The notes under the pieces: generated by a model
What the model saw: the letters and a program-made list of their open reading frames with translations, nothing else
What the model was told of the DNA's origin: nothing
The model's database searches: none
Source: Eimeria praecox
Taxonomy: Eukaryota
Reading direction: 5' to 3'
DNA length: 64,000 bases
Assembly (NCBI GenBank): GCA_963920595.1
Contig: OY986946.1
Span: 8,928,001 to 8,992,000, forward strand
Shown here: one piece after another, positions 57,699-64,000 of the stretch
Position numbering within the stretch: position 1 is the first letter of the stretch
How the letters are laid out: every line of letters starts with the position of its first letter
Translations under genes and position numbers: made by a program

Positions 57699-57870
57699 AG
57701 CTGCTGCGGTATCGTGTTCATCTTGCTGCTGCTGTATGGGAGGAGGACATACACCTGAGACACAGTACGGCTGCTGCTGTGGGGCGATGGTATGTTGAGG
57801 CTGAAAGCTGTGTTGCTGCTGCATCTGCATGTGCTGTTGTTGCTGCTGTGGTTGTTGCTGTTGCTGTTGC

Positions 57871-57902
<32 letters not shown>

Positions 57903-58267
57903 TCTCTTGGTTGTCTGCTGCTGCTGTGTTGCTGCAGGAGACAGAAGATGTAGAGCAGCATGTTTTTCTTCTCCTTTTTTGATAGAGACATTAAGTCGTT
58001 TATTACTAACAACACAGTTATTCATAGCATTGACAGCAGCAGCAGCAGCAGCAGGAGAAGCATACGAAACAAACCCAAAGCCCTTGTTACGCCCGCTTTC
58101 TTTATCAAGAGCAACATAACAAGACACAACAGCACCAAAACGCCCGAAAGCATTTAAAAGCTGTTGTCTCCCCCAATCTTTCGGTATATGAAAGATAAAG
58201 ATATTCGCTCCTGGGGGACCTGTCAGCTCTGCTCCTGTTGTTTGTATACAGCAACTACCCCTGTTCA

Positions 58268-58310
<43 letters not shown>

Positions 58311-58447
58311 ACTCGCCCCACATAGAACATCAAAATCTGCTGGCTTCTCCCAAGTAGTTAAGTTATTCGTTTCATTATGATAATATGGCATACAGTCAGA
58401 AGTAAAATACTCTCTCCATGGTCCTGCTTGTCTAGGATTATAATTTT

Positions 58448-58481
<34 letters not shown>

Positions 58482-58540
58482 AACAGGAGAGAGTCTTGCA
58501 TGTTGTTGTAGTCCCAGTTGTTGCTGCTGCTGCAATAATT

Positions 58541-58571
<31 letters not shown>

Positions 58572-59889
58572 TGTTTGTTTTGTCTTCGTCTCAGCGAAAC
58601 GAACATCTACGGGTCTACTACACCCTTTGAATGTATATCTACCTGATAAACTCCTAATAGCATGTAGGGCTTCTTCTTTATATCTATATTTAATAAATGC
58701 ACAACCTTTCCCGCCTCCATTACCGCTATCTCTTAATATAAAAACTTCTTCAACAGCCCCAAAATCTGTAAAAAATACACGTAATTCTTCTTCTGTTGCT
58801 GTACGAGGGATTGAACCTACAAACAATTTCGCTTTATCTATACCCCCATCCGCTGCTGCTGCAGATAAACCTAAACGTGTAGCCTCGCCAGAGGCATATT
58901 TAACTACTAATGCATTTGAGCCTTCCTCTAAACACAAAGTACCATGAAGCGCACGAATTGCTGCATCTGCAAATGCTAGAGAACCTGTACATAAGAAAAA
59001 ATAAACAACAAATAAATAAATAAATAAATAAATAATAATAAATAGTAAATAATAAATAATAAATAATAAATAATAAATAATAAATAATAAATAATAATAA
59101 ATGATAAATAATAAATAATAAATAATACGATTGGAGAAAGAAGGGGAAGAAGAATCGATTTGCATGCAAACGTACACCCCGAATATACAACATGTTTCAG
59201 GTGTATAGGCAGCTCAACCCTCAGTTTTTATTTTATTTATATTTATATTTATAAAAAGAACAAAATAAATAGATAAACTATTTTTATTTATATATATTTA
59301 TATAAATATATACATAAAATATAAAACAGAATCGAATCAACACACATTATCTACTTCTCCTCCTTTCTACTGCAGCTACCTCCCTATACACCCTAAAAAT
59401 CTCTATAAACCCCTACGCTATCTCTGTGTGTATCTAAGCCCCCAACGTTAGGGTTTAGGGTTTAGGGTTTAGGGTTTGACGTTCTCATACCCTGTGTCAG
59501 TGTGTATTTAGGGTTTAGGGTTTAGGGTTTTGAGGTTAGTGTTTAGTGTATATCTTACTCCTACGAACGAACAAGCTATTTCTGTATGAGGGCATATTAG
59601 GGTTTAGGGTTTAGGGTTTAGGGTTTATCTACCTCATCCGAACGAACACAGTATTCTCCGTATGAGTGCATATATTAGGGTTTAGGGTTTAGGGTTTAGG
59701 GTTTATCTCACTCATTCGAACGAATGCGCTGTTTCTATGTTTATGTGTATTTCTTTCTCTAATAACGAGGCAGTCGGTGACGACTCCAAACTGCGAGAAG
59801 ATTTGTCTCAACTGTTCTTCTTGTACAGACCGGGGGACTCTCCCTACAAACAGCTTAACCTCAACAGGAGGAGCCTTGTGGGGCAGTGC

Positions 59890-59933
<44 letters not shown>

Positions 59934-60066
59934 CATCCTGCTGCTGCTGCTGATCCTGCTGCTGCTGATCCTGCTGCTGCTGCTGCTGTTGTTGTTGTTG
60001 TTGATTCTGCTGCTGCTGTTGATTTTGGTTCTGGTTTCGGTCCTGGTCGGGTGTTTGCTCCTGCTC

Positions 60067-60109
<43 letters not shown>

Positions 60110-60168
60110 ACAGGCTGCTGCTCCTGCTGCTGCGCATGCTGCTGCGCATGCTCCTTTTGCTGCGGCGC

Positions 60169-60201
<33 letters not shown>

Positions 60202-60340
60202 ATCATGGGGCTCCTGCTGTGAGGCCTGCTGCTGCTTCTGCTGGCCCTCGGGATACTCCCCATTAGGCGTAGTTGACTGCTGCAGTGGCTGCTGCTCGCT
60301 GGATGCATCCTGCTGCTGCTGCTGCTTCTGCTGCTTCTGC

Positions 60341-60373
<33 letters not shown>

Positions 60374-60477
60374 TGTTGCTCGGGCGTATCCCCTTCCTGG
60401 TCTTGTCTCTTCAAACCTTCTTCGGGCGCAGCACGCTGCTGCAGCTGCTGCTCCGCATCCTGTTGTTTCAGCGGCAT

Positions 60478-60526
<49 letters not shown>

Positions 60527-60579
60527 GATTCAGTTGCTGCTCCGGGCGATGCAGCCTCTGCCATGTCCCCTGTACTCAT
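57570..60579 (-). CDS. CELF: CELF/Bruno-like RNA-binding protein, RRM-RRM-WW-RRM, with a poly-Q N-terminus
   Basis: Exons 60579-59712 and 58984-57570 (RM-S-SLAFAD). RRM1 KLFVGRVP; RRM2 KLFVGSIP/KGCAFIKY; WW WREYFT..MPYYHN..TTWEKP; RRM3 GPPGANIFIFHIP/NKGFGFVSY, typical of CELF RRM3. Confidence 0.92.
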
Positions 60580-60776
60580 AGCGGAGACTACCAGTAAAAT
60601 ATATCTTTGGGGTTTGCGGCTGCTGCTGCTGCTGCTACTGTTGCTGCAGCTGCTGCTGCGGCTCCCTCTGCGGGACTCCCGCTGCTGTTCTGCTGTTGCT
60701 GCACCTTGTCGGTGCTGGCGGCCCTCTTGAAATGCTGAGCAGGGCCTTGTTGTTTAATTACTGCTGCTAATGCTGC

Positions 60777-60817
<41 letters not shown>

Positions 60818-61192
60818 CTGACTCATTTGCTGCTGCTTCTGCAGCTCCCACTGCGCGGTGTTAGAGGAGAGGAGGACCTACGAAAACGCAGCAAATATAA
60901 AATGAAGTTAGTGTTGTCTACCTACCTAGAAACACTACTTGCTATTCTACTTGATCTTAATGAAGGAACCCCATAGCAGCAGCAGCAGCTGACACTGCAG
61001 CATACGCAGCAGCAGCAGCAGCTGCTGCTGCTGCTGCAGCAGCAGCAGCAGCAGCAATACGATGCTGCTGCTGGTTATGTCTACAGCAACCCCTGAACCT
61101 CAATTTGCTTTCCTCTACACACACAGAAACGAGGTTTATTCATATACCCCCAACGGCGGTTGAACCGAAGCAGGGACCACTGTTGCTGCTGC

Positions 61193-61240
<48 letters not shown>

Positions 61241-61572
61241 CGTTGCTCCCCCAGTGGCACTGTGGTGAGGGCTACCTTTATTTGCTGCTTCAAAGTATCA
61301 ATAACAGCAACAACAGCAACACCAGTGGCTCGAACAACAACATTTCTTGCTACAACAGGCTGTTAGCTCTCTCCCGAGCACGCAATCATGAGACCTGCCT
61401 ATACACCTGATTTCATCTGAGGCCTACCTTAGCTTTGTTTGCTCCCAAATCCCTTATCCTAAAAGGGTTTTTATTTAGATATGCGCTGTGAAGTATAAGT
61501 TTAATAATTTTCTTGATGCTACTGCAACAGCTGCTGCTGCTGATCTGTATTGCCGCCGCCGCCGCCGCCGCC

Positions 61573-61629
<57 letters not shown>

Positions 61630-61773
61630 CCACGGTCCCCGTGCGCCCGTTGCCGCAGCAGCGGCTGCTTCTCGTGCTGCTGCTGCTCTTGCTGCGCTAA
61701 GTAAGCATGCATTACTGCTATATAAAAACCTTTATAATTACAATACAAGATAGAAGAGCAGCAAGAATATACC

Positions 61774-61827
<54 letters not shown>

Positions 61828-62490
61828 GTCCGCTGCGGTGCGCTAATCCCGCCGCATCAAATCAGGGGCCCTAGTAGTAAACAGTCTGAGGCCCTTCCTG
61901 GCTTCTCTATTTATAAATAGTTATATTTTCAAAATCTAAATAAAATTAATATATATAACAAAAGCTGCTTATCAGGCAAGACACATCAATTGCTCCCGCG
62001 GGCCCCAGCCTTTCATCTCATATCCTTCAGTAGTACCTTGCGGCCTTAGTTATATATTCTTCGCTCTCAGCAGCACAATCCTCTCACTTAATTGCTCTTT
62101 CAGCTCTTCTAGCTCCCTTATCCTCTACAGTTTAAGACACAGGGGCCCCAGGGGCCCCTCTATATCTATCCAGGGGGTATCAAAGGGGCTAGGGGGCCCC
62201 AGGCTGACCTGGCCCCCCCTCTAGTCTACACTTGCTACACTTTATAAACTACTAGTGCTTATGGGCGGAATCTACCAAACATAGTGAAGCTTAAGCGACA
62301 GCCCAGGGAGACGCAGGAGCAGCACAGAGCCCCAGGGGCCCCCAGGGGCCCCTTGACGTGTTGGGGTGCTGAGAACTACGTTTAAGGAAGGAGGGAATGC
62401 AACAGTGCTACAGTAGAGTGCAGATATACAGGATTTGAATGTGCAAAACAGGAGAAAATATAAACCACTTAGGGCTCATACGGAAGATAA

Positions 62491-62548
<58 letters not shown>

Positions 62549-62583
62549 AGTCTTGAGTGGCTAGGCAAGGGGGTACAAGGAGA

Positions 62584-62868
62584 ATGGCGGGGTTCGAGGT
62601 ATCTGATGTCAAAAAATATCGACAGATCAAAGGAAAGGTGTGGCAAGTTAACAATGAATATGTTTGCTGTTTCTTTTGTTTTCTTTCTGAGAAGATACAT
62701 CTGTTGCTGTCGCTCCATCTTGTATTCATGCTGCCTCCTTTGTTGCCGGCACAGGACTGGTGGTATGTAAGCTACGCAGGAGGCGACGGGTCTTACAGCT
62801 GGCAGCCAGGGGTAATTCGCCCGCACTTACAGGAGCACAAGCACCAGCAACAGCTGCAACCAATGCTG

Positions 62869-62899
<31 letters not shown>

Positions 62900-63872
62900 A
62901 GCAGCAGCAGCAGCAACGAACAGAGTAGAGGGCATATGAATACATACTTCTTTAATTAATAGCTGTTATTACAGCAGGGGCTATCAACAGAAGAGTAGCA
63001 AGAAAAACCTGTGAGGGGTTTTCTACAATGTATTGCTCATGCTGCAGAGTGAAGTGCAGCGCGCTCCAGCAAATGTGCGCTCAACAATGGCGGAAATGCG
63101 GAGGAGGTACATAAGGACCCACAATTGTTATCAGGAGAGATCCTCTCCTGTTGCTGTTGTATCTACAACAGCTTCTGCTACAGCTCATTCCAAACTTCCA
63201 ACAGCTGCAACAACACCAGCAACAACAAAAACAACAGCAGCAACAACAAAAAGGGAAACACACCGCACTCTCAGGCAGCAGTAGGCTGTCCACATGAAGA
63301 GGCTGTATAAGGAAGAGGAAGAGCCCCTCTTGCATCACTACCAACAACTACAGAAACAACAACAATCGACATAGCTACAGGATCTACTACAGCGGCTCAA
63401 ATTGCTTCGAGCTGTATATACACCCTACAACTCAGCATTTTGTGTTTAGGTTTATTTAGATGTGCGTGACGGAAGAATCGATTCCGCTAGCTGTCAAGCT
63501 GCGGTATCGTTGATTGGTTGCTGGCTGGCTGCCCTGTTTCTGCAGCTGCTGCTACGAATGCTTTTCTGTTGCAGGTGGATCTTGGAGCAGCATTACCAGA
63601 GACAGTGTCTCAGCGGTCTGCTGTGGCTGCTTGCTGGGGCCTCTCTGACGCTCGTGGGGTTCGGTGTGTATGAAGCATGGGATGACTTATTGGGGGCCCC
63701 TTTCGGCTCTAAGCTGTACACATTAACCCTGCCTTGCTGTTGGTGGCTGTTGCTCTGCTGCTTTCTCTCCGTCTCCTTTGGAATCGCTGCAATCTCTCAG
63801 AGCGTGAACGCCCCCAAGTATATACGAGGAAGACCATCCACCCGCTCTGGAGCTTCTTCACGAAGTCAGTAA
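62584..63872 (+). CDS. Tentative small multi-pass membrane protein
   Basis: Possible exons 62584-62637, ~62692-62811, 63048-63106 and 63575-63872. The last exon has a good acceptor and two hydrophobic helices (LSGLLWLLAGASLTLVGFGV; CWWLLLCCFLSVSFGIAAI). The upstream exon choice is ambiguous. Confidence 0.45.
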
Positions 63873-64000
63873 TAACTCATTATAGAGCATAAATACGTGC
63901 GACGCCGGAAGCTAGAACATGCATACACTGCTGCTCTCTACGGGAGGCCTGAGCGTTGGCTGCTTTATCTGTCTCCAAATCCCAATAAAAAAATACAAAG

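Noticed and set aside
59448..59705. CRISPR-like repeat-spacer array
   Set aside because: This is a eukaryotic intron. The repeats are telomeric heptamers, two spacers are copies of the adjacent exon end, and there are no cas genes.

Overview
Intron-rich eukaryotic DNA. It is saturated with (CAG/CTG)n, interstitial telomere-like (AAACCCT/TTTAGGG)n, (TA)n, CTGTCTC-based arrays, TGCATGCA, AGCT and GGGGCCCC palindromes, which points by inference to a repeat-rich segment of an Eimeria-like coccidian. Most of the supplied ORFs are repeat artefacts. Manual phase-consistent splicing gives eight protein genes: a 5'-incomplete coiled-coil protein (+); a 3-exon Q/A-rich protein with TFxP motifs (-); ATP11 (-), which has an antisense tRNA-Met(CAT) in intron 1; a 15-exon Sec1/Munc18-family Sly1 (+); a very divergent alpha-tubulin (+); a TMEM121/CECR6-like membrane protein (-); a CELF-type RRM-RRM-WW-RRM protein (-); and a tentative small membrane protein (+). 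The most interesting signals are: (i) five introns with telomeric C-strand repeats before complementary G-strand repeats, a possible RNA-structure splicing aid; (ii) repeated duplication of exon junctions anchored on telomeric or simple repeats, in Sly1 and CELF; (iii) an alpha-tubulin apparently lacking the GTPase-activating E254; (iv) a dispersed 16-mer, CTGCCTATACACCYGA. All gene models and family calls were made by eye; no searches were run.
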